Below, in pieces: positions 51,796-64,000 of a DNA stretch of 64,000 nucleotides. A program made the translations under genes and the position numbers. Location of the stretch: NCBI GenBank assembly GCA_051047955.1, contig JBPGPT010000009.1, positions 372,001 through 436,000 on the forward strand, in the 5' to 3' direction. The first letter of the stretch is position 1; each line of letters starts with the position of its first letter. Source of the stretch: Cystobasidiomycetes sp. EMM_F5. Its lineage: Eukaryota. The notes beneath the pieces are model-generated. The model had not been told where the DNA came from, made no database searches, and saw only the letters and a list, made by a program, of their open reading frames with translations.

Positions 51796-52340
51796 GGCTG
51801 CTGGATGTGTTGTTGATTTGTTCAATTTGACTGGAGAAGGCCTGTCTCCTCTCTCTTTCAAACTACTGATCTTCTCGCAGTGACGTCGTCGGAGCAAGGC
51901 AGTCTGTGCCTGAAACGGGGACGCGCGAACGGGGATATATGCGACACGCGAAGCGAGCATACACCGTACCCGGACATCTACTACGCGTACAACACAGAAG
52001 TCTCAGATCATGCAGAGTGAGCGGCTGTGCCGCTAACTGGCTGTACGTCCAATTACCATCGTCACGTTGAATGTGTGGAGCGCTGGTGAGTGTCTTCTGG
52101 GGCGCCGCTTGATGTGCCGATATCTAGCGACTCGCTTATTGTGCATGGCTTCCTGACAGCGTGTATTAACCTTGCTTCTGCAGGATAGAATATGCGGTTT
52201 TCCGCGGTGTCTCTACAATTGAACCCAGTCGAGCGGGATGGTCCATGCGACAGGGACGGCGTAGCCGTACTACGCACTGCAGCGTTAGGAGGTTAGCCAG
52301 GTTAGCCATCTATTACTCGTAATAGTGTACACAGTCAGTA

Positions 52341-52406
52341 CAGTCTGTAGTTTTCCATCACCCCGGTCAGTCTGTCAGTCTGTCAGTTGTCAGTCTCCAG
52401 TCTGTC
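52341..52406. repeat. Degenerate CAGTCTGT tandem repeat upstream of HSP90
   Basis: cagtctgt...cagtctgtcagtctgtcagttgtcagtctccagtctgt read directly from the sequence. Confidence 0.6.
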
Positions 52407-52504
52407 CATCAGCGGTTAGAAGGCTACACTTGGTCGACACTCGCTCTTGCTTGCACTTCTCCATCTTGGACACACACCCCTCAGTCGAACTCCTGCAATC
52501 CCCC

Positions 52505-52517
52505 TTCTCGAAAGTTC
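52505..52517. promoter_or_regulatory. Heat-shock element (three-unit HSE)
   Basis: TTCtcGAAagTTC, three alternating nGAAn units about 145 bp upstream of the HSP90 ATG. Confidence 0.75.
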
Positions 52518-52660
52518 TCGGTCTATTTGCCACTCACTTCAGGGGCAATAAATCTGCTGCTCGTCTGCGCAGACTGACTCTCCTCCCTATCCGTCAGGAG
52601 CTGCACAGGAGAGGACACTCACAAAGACACCTGCATTAGTCATCCACACACTCTGTCACC

Positions 52661-55142
52661 ATGTCTGCACAACCAGAGACGTTTGGGTGAGTGTGGATGA
52701 ATGGAGATATGGAAATATTTCAGTGCACGATATGAAACATGCACTGGAGTATTCTCGGGAGCTCGTCACGTGCTAATGTATGTATACTCCTCCACGCAGC
52801 TTCCAGGCCGAAATCTCGCAATTGCTGGATCTGATTGTCAACGCATGTGAGGAGCCGCTCGAAATTTCAAATCACGTCCAACGCAGGCTGAAGAATATTC
52901 ACAGTCTACTCCAACAAGGAAATCTTTCTCCGAGAATTGAGTGGGTAGCTTGTACGTTTTATATTGGCAAACGCTGACACTCTCAAACAGTCTCCAACGC
53001 TTCCGATGCCATCGACAAGCTCCGCTATGCCTCCCTCACCGACCCGAGCCAGCTCGAGTCTGGCAAAGACTTGTTCATCCGCATCATCCCAGACAAGGAA
53101 AACAAGATTCTCACAATCAAGGATACCGGTGTAGGCATGACCAAGGCAGACCTCGTAAACAACCTCGGTACGATTGCAAAGTCTGGCACAAAGTCATTCA
53201 TGGAGGCAATGTCTGCCGGTGCAGACATTAGCATGATTGGTCAGTTTGGTGTTGGCTTCTACTCTGCCTACCTCGTTGCAGACCGTGTAGAGGTCATCAC
53301 AAAGCACAACGACGACGAGCAGTACATTTGGGAGTCGTCGGCAGGTGGTACCTTCACCATTGCCGAAGACAATGTAAACCCGAGCATCGGCAGAGGTACA
53401 GAGCTCCGTCTTCACATGAAGGAGGATCAGCTCGACTACCTCGAGGAGCGTCGGATCCGTGACATCGTAAAGAAGCACTCTGAATTCATCTCGTACCCCA
53501 TCCAGCTCGCAGTCACAAAAGAGACTGAGAAGGAGGTAGAGGAGGAGGAGGCCGACGACAAGGATGATGACACCAAGGAAGCAAAGATTGAGGAAGTCGA
53601 CGACGATGACGAGGACAAGAAGAAGAAGACCAAAAAGGTAAAGGAGAAGACTGTCGAGAACGAAGAGCTCAACAAGACCAAGCCCTTGTGGACTCGCAAC
53701 CCGTCCGACATTACGACCGAAGAGTACGGTTCTTTCTACAAGTCACTCACCAACGACTGGGAGGAGCACCTCGCTGTCAAGCACTTCTCTGTCGAAGGTC
53801 AGCTCGAGTTTAAGGCTATCCTCTTTGTCCCCAAGCGCGCTCCCTTCGATCTCTTCGAGTCCAAAAAGAAGCGCAACAACATCAAGCTCTACGTCCGTCG
53901 CGTCTTCATCATGGATGACTGCGAGGACATCATCCCCGAGTATCTCAACTTTGTCAAGGGTATCGTCGACTCTGAAGACTTGCCACTCAACATTTCCCGT
54001 GAGACTCTGCAACAAAACAAGATTCTCAAAGTCATCCGCAAGAACATTGTCAAAAAGTGCATGGACATGTTTTCAGAGATTGCAGAGGACAAGGAGAACT
54101 TTACCAAGTTCTATGAGGCATTCGGAAAGAATCTCAAGTTGGGTATCCACGAGGATTCCAACAACCGCACAAAACTTGCAGAGTTCCTGAGGTATAATAC
54201 CACAAAGTCCGAGGAACTTACTTCCTTCAAAGATTACATTACCCGTATGCCAGAGATTCAGAAAAACATCTACTTCATCACTGGCGAGTCGCTCGCGGCC
54301 GTCAAGGAGTCCCCCTTCCTCGAGGTCTTCAAGAAGAAGAACTTTGAAGTCATCTTCATGGTTGATCCCATCGACGAGTATGCTGTCACTCAGCTCAAGG
54401 AGTTTGAGGGCAAAAAGCTTGTCAATATCACCAAAGATGGTCTCGAGTTGGAGGAGACTGACGATGAGAAGAAGGCTCGTGAGGCTGATGCCAAGGCTTA
54501 CGAGGACCTCACAAAGGTCATGAAGGACATCCTTGCCGACAAGGTTGAGAAGGTAACCATTTCAAACCTCATCACTGACTCGCCGTGCATTCTCGTGACC
54601 GGTCAGTTCGGATGGTCTGCCAATATGGAAAGAATTATGCGATCCGTACGTCGTTTTCTTTTGCGCGTTTCAAGACATCTTTGACTTAAAAGTTTTTTCC
54701 CCCTTTTTTTTTCCCCCTCGCGTTTTCAGCAAGCGTTGAGGGACTCTTCCATGTCTTCCTACATGCAATCAAAGAAGACAATGGAGATCAACCCAACCAA
54801 CCCCATCATCAAGGAGCTCAAGGCCAAAGTCCAAGAAGACGCGGCCGACAAGACTGTCCGCGATCTTACCAACATTCTCTTCGAGACCGCCCTACTCACT
54901 TCCGGATTCACTCTCGAGAATCCAGCAAACTTTGCTGACCGCATCTTCAAGATGATCTCGCTTGGTCTGGCCATCGACGATGATGTCGCTGCCGATGACG
55001 ACACCGCTGCTGCTGCATCCACTGATGCACCGGCTGTAGAGGAAGTCTCGTCTTCTAGTTTGATGGAGGAGGTCGAGTTCGTTCTACAGCAATTTTGTGG
55101 GCGACGGAGCACTCAGGCTGATGATTTTTTTCCACCAGCTAA
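52661..55142 (+). CDS. HSP90: Heat shock protein 90
   Basis: [70 protein letters not shown], terminal MEEV(D split by intron)*. Confidence 0.98.
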
Positions 55143-55449
55143 ACAGAAAAAGGACGAAGAGGCAGGGAAGATAGCTAGCAGCTCAGCTTCTCCCTGTTGC
55201 ATTCCTACAGTAGTGAAACCGATTTCTAGGGGGAGCATCAAATAGTCGCATGAACGAGACTGTTGTAATTGCAGGAGAAGGAGACTTGCGCCACCAGTAA
55301 TGGAATAAAAATTCTGCACCACGCGGCTTTCACGATGTGTTAGTAGGCATACTAAGCGTACAACGACACCGGACACCAGTTGCGTTGGTCTTGCGATCTC
55401 GTCGCTCCCGACCGTCACATCTCATGCTAAGAATACAATGTGGGCGCAA

Positions 55450-56203
55450 TCAGGCCGATGCTGTGAATCTCGATGCTAATTCTTGCCGAATAGCAGATAG
55501 AGGCTGAGCGGTATAGGCGGCCCCACTTTGCCCAGTCAACGTAAATTTACTCGATGTGAGCAAAGATCCATCCTTCGCGAACTCTGCCTAAAGAAAACGC
55601 CATCATGATTTGGAGAAGGTCCCGCTTCAAGCGCCTCAATGCGTCTCACCTCTACACATGCCGCGACCGATCCATCAAGATCGCACACAACCCCATCTAG
55701 GACCTTCTGCAGACTCTCATCTTGTTCAGCGATAACTATCCTGGTCGGGGACAGCTCAATTTCGGCTAAAAGATGTTGCTCAATTCACTCAATCTGCTAT
55801 GAGCGGGAGTCTGACCCACCAATAAGGGTAGTTTGCGAAGCTTGCCCATTCCGTGTCACTGGAACGGCGTCTAGCTCAATAAGGCTGATGAGAAAAAGGT
55901 CACCAGGGCGCAAGTGAGCCTCAACACCTCTGGAGGAGTCAGGCAAAAGTGCTCACAAAGTATGATCGGATGCATCAGTCTGGCCTTGAGCGATGTAAAC
56001 GGTATCACCGGCAGCGTCTCGCGCATCACCCCAGCCATGCAAGATCATCATGCCTGGCAATCGACAGCATCAGACAGAGCGGCCAGAAAAGGTCAACCTT
56101 GAGTCATGCTACCATCAGACGACGTTACCGTAGGCAGAGGCGTAGCTTTTACCAGGGCGTGAACGTGGTGGAGGAGTGTTGCAAGCCAATAAAGCAGAAG
56201 CAT
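55450..56203 (-). CDS. Small putative secreted protein, about 168 aa, 5 exons (absent from the ORF track)
   Basis: Four consecutive GT-AG introns of typical size splice in frame: MLLLYWLATLLHHVHALVKATPLPTVTSSDG...VVCDLDGSVAACVE...SRFTASA*; hydrophobic N-terminus. Confidence 0.7.
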
Positions 56204-56610
56204 CGTACACGGGAGGGACAGGTCAGGTCGGCAAAGTGGAAGGGAGGAGGAGGAGTGATCTGATATAGCAGAAGCGCCACGATTCCGTATGCAAACGTAA
56301 AGAAAGAGGCGCAGAGGGTCTGTGCGGGACGGGGCGTCAGATCAGGGGGTCCGTCAGTACGGAATATGCAAAAGCATTGTCACTGCATGCCTATGATACA
56401 AAGTTGTTGCAATGTCCCCTATTACTGCTGTCGGACGGTATTGCTACTGAAAGGGAGGAAGCGCTGCCGTTTCTGGGTGTTGTTACATGTTTAGAATGCT
56501 CACTGCAAACGACTGATCGGTCGCGGACAGCACACTGAAGGGAACAAGTGTAGCGTGGTACGCATGTGGTATGCTTCTGAAGACGTCGATCGCATCAGTG
56601 ACAATCAGCG

Positions 56611-58766
56611 TCAGGGCAGATCGACAGTCCAGAGCCAGCGGTCTTCTGCATAGCCGTCGAGCCTGTGCACAAAACGCCTCAGTGTCAAGACACTTACACA
56701 GGAGCGCCACAACTTACGTATCCTGCATCATGATGTGATGTCGCTTCTGTACGTAGACTGATTTGTCCGTCGTCTTTGCTCGCAGAGCGGCAATGTCTTC
56801 TGCCTCGAAAGGTGTTTCGAGTAGCTCGGACAGGTTCTCAACGGCCATTTCGAGGTCCCTGCAGAGAAATAATGTGCTCATGTCAGCTAATAGCTCCGCC
56901 ATCGTCCGCCGTACCAAACGATACCACGCACCTCTGATTATCTTCGAAGATGTAGGTTTGATTGTTCTTTTGGAGGTAAAACGCCATTGCGTACGTCCAC
57001 TTGAGCGTCGCTCGACATTCACCGAGAATATCGACGGCCTTTTTCAGAAACTGCACCTCGATCCAAGACAGATTCGACTGCAACTGCATATCCTCCATTC
57101 GCCGTTCGATTCGCACATACGTCTCCTTTTCGAGCTTTGCAGACTGCTCGTGGTTGGCCCATCGATTGTAAAACTGTCCAGATCAATGCCACATCAGCTG
57201 CGGCTGGCTAAGGAACCGCTTGAACACGCACATGCAAGTACCGCTCTAGCGATGCTCGGCTCTTGCTCTGATTGTCCTTGTTGCCCTTGGCGTCCTTCTT
57301 CTCGTCGTACCGGTTACAATTATACCATGACGTTCCATGCACGGCCCATTCGCCCATACAGATCCAGCAAAACTCATACTTGCACTTTTTGCACGTCATG
57401 TGGTTACATCCTCCATTCTTTTCAATCGTCGACGCGCACTTGGGACACTCTTTCGTGTTTGCGGAAATCCAATTTGCAGTCTCGGAATCGTCGGCACACT
57501 TCTTGAGCCACAATTTGACAATGGCGCATACGCATGGCTGATGATCCGCATCGGCATTGCAGCCAAAGCAGAACTTGTGACCGCATGCGCACTGCACAGT
57601 GGGAACGATGTGGTACAGGGATTTGGGAGTGATGCCTGGGCATCTGATGGCATACTCGCAGTTTGGCGCAGGGCACCAACGGAGGGAAGGGTCGTCATCG
57701 ACGTAGCTCCTGTTGAGCAGTTCGCGGTACCTAGAACAAGGGTGGGAGAGAGTTGGCAGAGTTTTCGAAGAGTTGCGGCCAACGACGAGCTTACCTGTCG
57801 AGTGTGTCGTGATCGATCAGCAGAGCTACTGTCCGCTCGTCCACAATGATATTACAGTCGGCTGCCATGCATTCGATGGACTTTGCTTCTCCTTCGTTGC
57901 TAGATGCGTCAGGATTCGTCAATTCAGCCTGTCCACATGCGTTGTACAAAAAGCCAAACACACTTGATCTTGTTTTCCAGATAGCTGGCATAGCAGTCCC
58001 TGCAAAAGCGATGGTTGCATCCCAAGGCTATCGTCTCGCGCGATGACTGCGAGTCGTCACAGCAAATGTCACAAACAAAGCCTCGTATCCGCTTAAGCCG
58101 TGGTTGCGACTTTGCAGGAGATGCCGAGGTCGAGGCTTGTGGGAGATCAATACCGGCATCGTGACGGAGTTTGTCTGCGTCTTCCATGTAGCGCTGTGGA
58201 GCATCGTTCGAGTCGTTTGTAAAGACACAATTGGAAATTGTCAGTGGCGAAACACAAGAGCCAGTCAGCAGGGACCTCTGGAAGAGCCGGCCTCATCAAA
58301 GTGTGCTCACATCAATTACACGCTCCTTGTTCCACTTCAAGTGCCGCAAAAGCGCAGCCGCATCCTTGTCCTGCCAATAGAAGCGGGTCTCAGCGCGCGT
58401 ATAGATTGCCGTGTGTTCCGAGCGAGCGACTCACATTCAAGCTGAGCGCGCTGGCTACGTGACCGATCTCCTTTGCCATCTCCTTCTGCAGGTCTGTCTT
58501 GCTGATGGCCGTATAGTCGACCTGGTAGTTGGCCTTGCCGCCCGGATTTCCCGCCGACACGATAAACTGGTCGTCGCCGTCGACCGACGAAGCGTCGTCC
58601 GAATAGACTGCTCGAATATAACAGTAAGCTGCAACTAAAACCATCGATTCGTAACTCGAGCCTCACCTGGCCCCTCCAGCTCGTCCTCTGAGCTCGGCAG
58701 CATCACCTCGTCGTCGTCGTCGTCATATTCCTCGTCTGCGATATCCGACAGCTCAGAGTCGCTCAT
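56611..58766 (-). CDS. ARI1: Ariadne-family RBR E3 ubiquitin ligase (Hel1/ARIH1)
   Basis: Acidic N-terminus, RING1 (CDICC...CNHRFCRDC), IBR (WCPAPNC), RING2 ([31 protein letters not shown]), Ariadne domain ([21 protein letters not shown]). Confidence 0.95.
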
Positions 58767-59074
58767 GGTGGTAGATGTCGGTGTGGGTCTTTGAGTGAGC
58801 GTCGATGGAGGCTGTCGCAGCTTGAGAGCGCAGAGTCTGAACAAATCCAAGCCTCAGCACCAGTCAGTTCAGTTCCAAGTGTTGATTATCAAGTTGGCAG
58901 CTTTGGGTTGTAATTACGACAATTGCAGTAATTGATGCGTGCAAGTAGTTGCAAGACTGGCGTAATACTCACAACTTGCCCGACGTACTCGTGACAACAC
59001 GACTTCAGTAAGACTGTTAAAAGATACAACGCCACAGACCATCCGACAGCGACAGTGTCCCAACCGAATGACGC

Positions 59075-60151
59075 CTACTCTATCCGCTCTTCATTCTCAT
59101 CCTTGACCGCCGCAAAGCTGAGCGTCTCCAATCTCCCTTTGCCCTTCAGCTCGCTCTGGATGAGCTCATTGATGACCCTAAACTGGCCGGGGTCAATCAG
59201 AGCGACCAGCTCCCACTCGTCTCCCCACTCGTCCTCTTCTACAGATTCCGTCTTTTCGAGTATCTTGTCCTTTAACCGCTTGCCGTCCTTGCTCGGCATT
59301 GTCAAGCGGACACGCATCCTCGCCCGTTGTATGGGTATCGTATTCGCTTCTTGTAATTGTCTGATTGCGGCGAGAATCTGTACAGGCACTTTGTTCAGCC
59401 CTTGTCGAGAGACCGTGTAGCGGTCTTCCGACGCACCTGGCCTTTGACCGGCTTATTCGCTTGCGGAGAATAGTGAATGTCATTCAACGCCTTTTCGATG
59501 AGCGATACAGGCCAGGCTGGACATATGATATAAACATGCGTCAGTGCATTTGAAGCCTTTCTCGTAATGTAAACTCACGCTTGTTTGAATCTGGATTGAA
59601 GCACCTTTCCGCAACGCCCGTCGCAATTTCCTTTCGCAAGCTATCGAGCTGCTGCTCCCTCTCCTTTCCCGCAACTTGCACTTCGCCCTTCTCGAGGATA
59701 GCTTTACACACTGCAAGCTTGTCTGTCGTTCCAAACGCCTTTTGCAAATCGGCCTGTTTGGCAACCTGTGCCTTTGACACGTTTTCATACACTTCCTGGA
59801 TCTGCAATACATCGTCGATGTTTTGCTCAGTCTTGTTGCGCCATGATGAGACCTATTAATCCCCACCAAACGTAATCAGCTTGGAATTTGCATCTTGCTA
59901 TTCGAATTCGTCGTCATTGGATTGCTGTCGAAACGACTCGTAAACTCACGGTATTTGGATAACAGGCGCATTCGAAGCGTTTACCAGCCTTCTTCAGCCG
60001 CACGATGGAGATATTGACAAACTTGATGCTGCCGCCGGGCTGCAGGAAGCAGTATTTTCGAGTAAATATCAGTCACGGCACGATATTTCGTTCAGTGACT
60101 CGGACGGCTCCTATGGCCCACTGTATGCCGAAGACAGACCTGGTTGATCAT
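59075..60151 (-). CDS. SDO1: Ribosome maturation factor Sdo1/SBDS
   Basis: MINQ|PGGSIKFVNISIVRLKKAGKRFECACYPN, NVSKAQVAK, ILEKGEVQV, IPIQRARMRVR, LIDPGQFR. Confidence 0.94.
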
Positions 60152-60442
60152 GTTGGCGCAGCTTCAGTCTGTGTATGCCTGGGTGTTGCACAGGTCCAGC
60201 AGCTTAAAAACGACGGAGAAGTGTCAGAGTCTAGAAAAGCTGACATTCATGAAGGCGGAGAGAATCGAAAGCTCCTCGATACTGAACTTGCTACAACAAC
60301 GAAGCTGCCTATCTGACTTTTAACTGCTATCCAAGTGATGCGCCCGTGTTGTTATTCCGCATACACTCAATCCCACTGCTTGTTCTCCGTATATTACGTA
60401 ATATTACCGTCCCATACGTGGCATCCCCTCCACAAAACACGA

Positions 60443-63300
60443 TTACACATCCATATCGAATACAAGCTCATCCTCGTCGTTGGATGTATGCGAAGCGGCC
60501 CTATTGCCTTGGTGCTGGTGAGCGAAATGGCCGTGCTGCTGGAGGTGGGCTGATGCTGGCGGGCCAGCAGAGATGTGCACTGGAAACTCGCTGCGAGCCA
60601 GTGGACTTCCGACATGGTGACCGTGGAAATTACCAAACTGTATAGACTTTGCTGCTCCGACGCCTTGTGTGGTATGCATCCCAGTCGCACTGCTACTGCT
60701 GTTGGCGAATGTGTTGTACGATGCTGATGGCAGCCGTTGAGAGGTGGTGCCCGAGGGACTGCTAGTATGGGTAGTCCTGAATGCGGTAGGGCTGAGGAGG
60801 GAGGCATTGGAAGGCGGAGATACGCTGACCGGCGGAGAGCCGACATACGACCCAGAAGGAGTATATCCTGTATGCTGTGTACCAGCCGGAATCAGGTGGA
60901 GCCTCGACAAGCCGGCTGCCAGCCCTTGCGGAAGGGATGTGCCGGCTATTGCAGATAGCGATGCTAAGTTGGAAGGAGAGGCAACCGGCGGTGTACCATG
61001 GAGCCCGTAACTGTCGTGTGAAGGTCTCGCTGCGAGAGTGTTCGCGCCTGCGGGCGCCGGAGGCATATATGATGACGAATAGAAACCTCGTTCGACATAG
61101 GTCGGTTGTGGTGTATGGTGACTGTTAATGCTGCCAGCATTCAACAACGTCCTCGGACGTGAATGATCGCCTTTCGACGAGTGCGTCGACAAGACAGGCG
61201 ATGTTCCAGGCGCCCGACTGAATGGCGCGGGTGGGTTTACGGTAGTATAGGTTTGCGACGAGGCAAAGTATGCCGATTGCGCTGGCACACTCCTTGAATA
61301 CCTTTGCGCATCCGCTTCGATTACGTCTCCAGCAGTATCATCGAATGGATTCCAGAAATCGGAAGATTTGCCCGAAATACCTGATCGACTGTCCCTTCTC
61401 GCCTTTTCGTCGGGCGTCAAGAGGTGTTTTAGTGAACTCGGGACCAGCTCCTCTTCCACAACATCGTCCTCATCGTCTCCCACGCCCCCAAAATCGCTTC
61501 CGATGGCTGTTCCATTCAACCGTCGTGGGGCGGTAATGGTACCGCTCCGTTCGTGCCGCTTTGGACTCCTATCACGTTCTGCACCAGGTGCGCGACTGAG
61601 TGATCTTGAAATGTATGCGTCTTTATCATCGTCGAATGACGAAGCCAGGAAAATGGCATTGTTCCCAAAAGGCGAAGTACCAAAGACTGCTGCGCTGGAT
61701 GGCGTTCGTTGGCCATTACTGCTAATACCCGCAGACATTGGCATCGAAGGTGTTGCAATTCCATTTTTCAGGCCGTACAGACCCTGTGTACTTGCCGCAT
61801 GCGAGTGCGAGTGCTGCAGCGGCGGTGGAATGTTGTGCGATCTTGTACTAAGCTGGTTGTGTAGCATAGATGGCTTATGCGGTTGCCCGTGCGCAAAGCT
61901 ATCTGTATACTGTCCACTTCTCGTGCTGCTGAATCCAGGTAGAGTCTGCTCGGCAGGAACAGAAGAGCTTAATCTCGCAAACTGCGAAGACATGGTCGGT
62001 GACAGATTTGGTGGTATTCTCGCAGTGTTGAGAGTAGAAGCCGCGGAAACGAGCCCGGATACACTGTGTGGTGCTTGCGAATGCGGGACATCCGACGGCT
62101 GGGACTGTTGCGTGGCCGTTCTTGCTGTTGACGGTTGCGCTTTGGTTGACGTTGGAGATACTGAGCCGGATCCCGATGAGGATGCTCCTGGCGCTGCAAC
62201 TGCACTGGCATAGGAGAAGGGTTTTGCTCTTTGCGTGCTTAGCCCGCTCGCCAGTGACGAGCCCGGACGAGCTGTACTGGCCGCACCAGGTAAGGCCGTC
62301 AAGTCGGCAGGGAGTGGCAGTCCCATAGGTGACATCCCAATTGCTACACCGTCATTGTCAGACTGCGATGCTCGATACGCACTCTCGACCGGATCGAATG
62401 GTAAACGAGTTCTGCTTTCATTTTCTTGGGTATTGCCCGTCGATGCTCCTCCTTTCGACAACATGTTCGATAGTCCGCTAGGAGCAGCAGAGGTGGCTGG
62501 AGTCGACTTTGATGCCGTATCCGACAGCCCGACATTCATGGCTGGCGAGCGTGGAGATGTGATTGACGCCGCAGTAGCTGCTCCAGACCCAGCTGAACCA
62601 TTTGCACTACCGGAAGCTTCTGCTTGAGCGGCCAACTTGGAAGCCTTCTTGTTCTTCCTGCAGTCGAGTAATGACAAGCACTTAGATCAGTACCCGTTTC
62701 ACACGCATTTCAAGATCGCCCTACCAATCCATAGAAGGTGGTTCTCCAGGAAGGATGTGCGCATTTGCGCATTTATGTCCGAATCGACATGATCTGTCAA
62801 ATACAGACAATGAGCATGCGTTTACTCGAGTATCACCACTGTAGCTCACCCCTTCAGGTACCACTTGCAGGGTATCTTTGCTTGGCCGGGCTCCCTTGCC
62901 GAATGCGAGAATGGGCACGATGATCCGGCTGTGCGATGTAGGTCATCGATTGTAGTCGCAGTAAGTTGGCGTATCCGTGAGTGTGTAGTTGGAGGCGGGG
63001 TCGATTAAGCGCGTAAAGTGCGAGTCAGTGGGTATCGTCCGCATAAATCGCACGCGCAAATCGCACCTGTGCATGCTCCGACACGGAAGAAGCGGCATGT
63101 TACGTGTGACAGGTCCTCTGCAGTATTAACGAGACGATGGAGTGGGGATTGACGGAGGTTGTCAATGCAAACCACGTCAATTCCAAGTCACCCCAGCCGC
63201 AGGTAATGCTATCCCACGCACTCTTTCCGGATTGCTTGCCGTTACCGCCCTCGCCGCCGTGATGGTCCTCGCTCCCCGACAGGCTGTTGTCGTCGTCCAT
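60443..63300 (-). CDS. Tandem CCCH zinc-finger protein (Lee1/Cps3-like) with a long Ser/Pro-rich tail
   Basis: HVTCRFFRVGACTAGSSCPFSH, CKWYLKGSCRFGHKCANAH, EEELVPSSLKHLLTPDEKARRDSR, terminal FDMDV. Confidence 0.85.
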
Positions 63301-63588
63301 GTCTGATATGTCTGATATGTCTGATGCGATGGTATGGATATGTGACCAATCCAGGCAGTACTGCACTAGGGCCTGCTTCACCCGAACCAGTCCACGATGC
63401 CGTTATATCGTCGTCGTCGTCGTGTTTTTGCGATATCGCGTCCACCCCGGCTATCGAGTGACGCCCTTTGACTGCGCTACAACGTCGGAAAGCCCCGAGG
63501 TCACCCAGCAGCAGGACTGTATTCGAGTCGGAATATCGTGGTGCTCGCTCGCAGTTGACAGTCTTGTGGTTGGAGACTGGACAATGCA

Positions 63589-64000
63589 ATGGCCATCATT
63601 GAGCAGGTAGACTCGGATTCCGATGTCGAGGACATCCAATACCATCAGCAGAGTACACCATCGCACGTCAAAGCTGCCCCGACATTGCGAACCCCAGCTA
63701 TCCCAGACTCGCTGCGCAATTCGACAATCTACCGGCAGGTCCTCAAGTCGAAACTTGCATTGGACGGGGTGTGGGTGTCTTTAAGCAAATTATGGCATGG
63801 CATCAGTGACTAAGTGTTATGTCTTCGATAGACAACTGAATGGCTTGGTCGCAGCTCAAGGCGTACAGAGCGTTTTGGAGCAATTGGTCGACATAGCTAT
63901 TTACACGTTGCGAGACCAAAGTGCAGACAAACTGGTGGGCATGGACAATCCTGTATGCGGAAAGCGACTGAGTCACCATACAGGACCTCACGCTAGTCGA
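63589..64000 (+). CDS. 5' part of a hypothetical protein running off the window end
   Basis: ATG in a divergent arrangement with the CCCH gene; MAIIEQVDSDSD..., followed by a probable intron near 63770-63830 and further open frame. Confidence 0.5.

Noticed and set aside
54691..54720. T/C homopolymer tract
   Set aside because: Ordinary polypyrimidine tract of an HSP90 intron
61368..62627. Long plus-strand ORFs (281 and 130 aa) antisense to the CCCH gene, and similar ORFs opposite RUD3, POL1, HSP90 and ARI1
   Set aside because: Shadow ORFs of codon-biased or low-complexity coding strands
63301..63325. GTCTGATAT x3 tandem repeat beside the CCCH gene start
   Set aside because: Short slippage-type repeat with no spacers; not CRISPR-like and no evidence of function

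Overview
Gene-dense eukaryotic DNA from a fungus. The protein families, the mostly 50-70 nt introns with CTRAC/CTRAT-type branch sites, the microexons and the ~60-900 bp spacers suggest a compact basidiomycete (inference). I reconstructed about 30 protein-coding genes by hand-splicing: SNF8, a G-alpha subunit, UPF2, UBR7, NDUFS7, glutaredoxin, a SNF2 helicase, RUD3, VMA22, HOM6, a divergent ADH/ALDH pair, PGK1, UBC9, POL1, a HAD phosphatase, an LRR protein, an extended IPA1/UBE3D, RMP1, a Tim44/Mba1-like protein, NNR2, HSP90, a hidden small secreted protein, ARI1, SDO1 and a CCCH protein. I saw no rRNA, tRNA, transposon or CRISPR. The most interesting signals are: (1) a long, multi-branch structured intron in the IPA1/UBE3D gene; (2) an apparently obligatory non-canonical GA-AG intron in ALDH, plus three GC-AG introns elsewhere; (3) an ADH-ALDH bidirectional promoter dense in CreA-type and TGCGG motifs; (4) possible splice-level control of HSP90; (5) a 5-exon secreted protein missing from the ORF track. 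All exon boundaries are manual predictions without RNA evidence.
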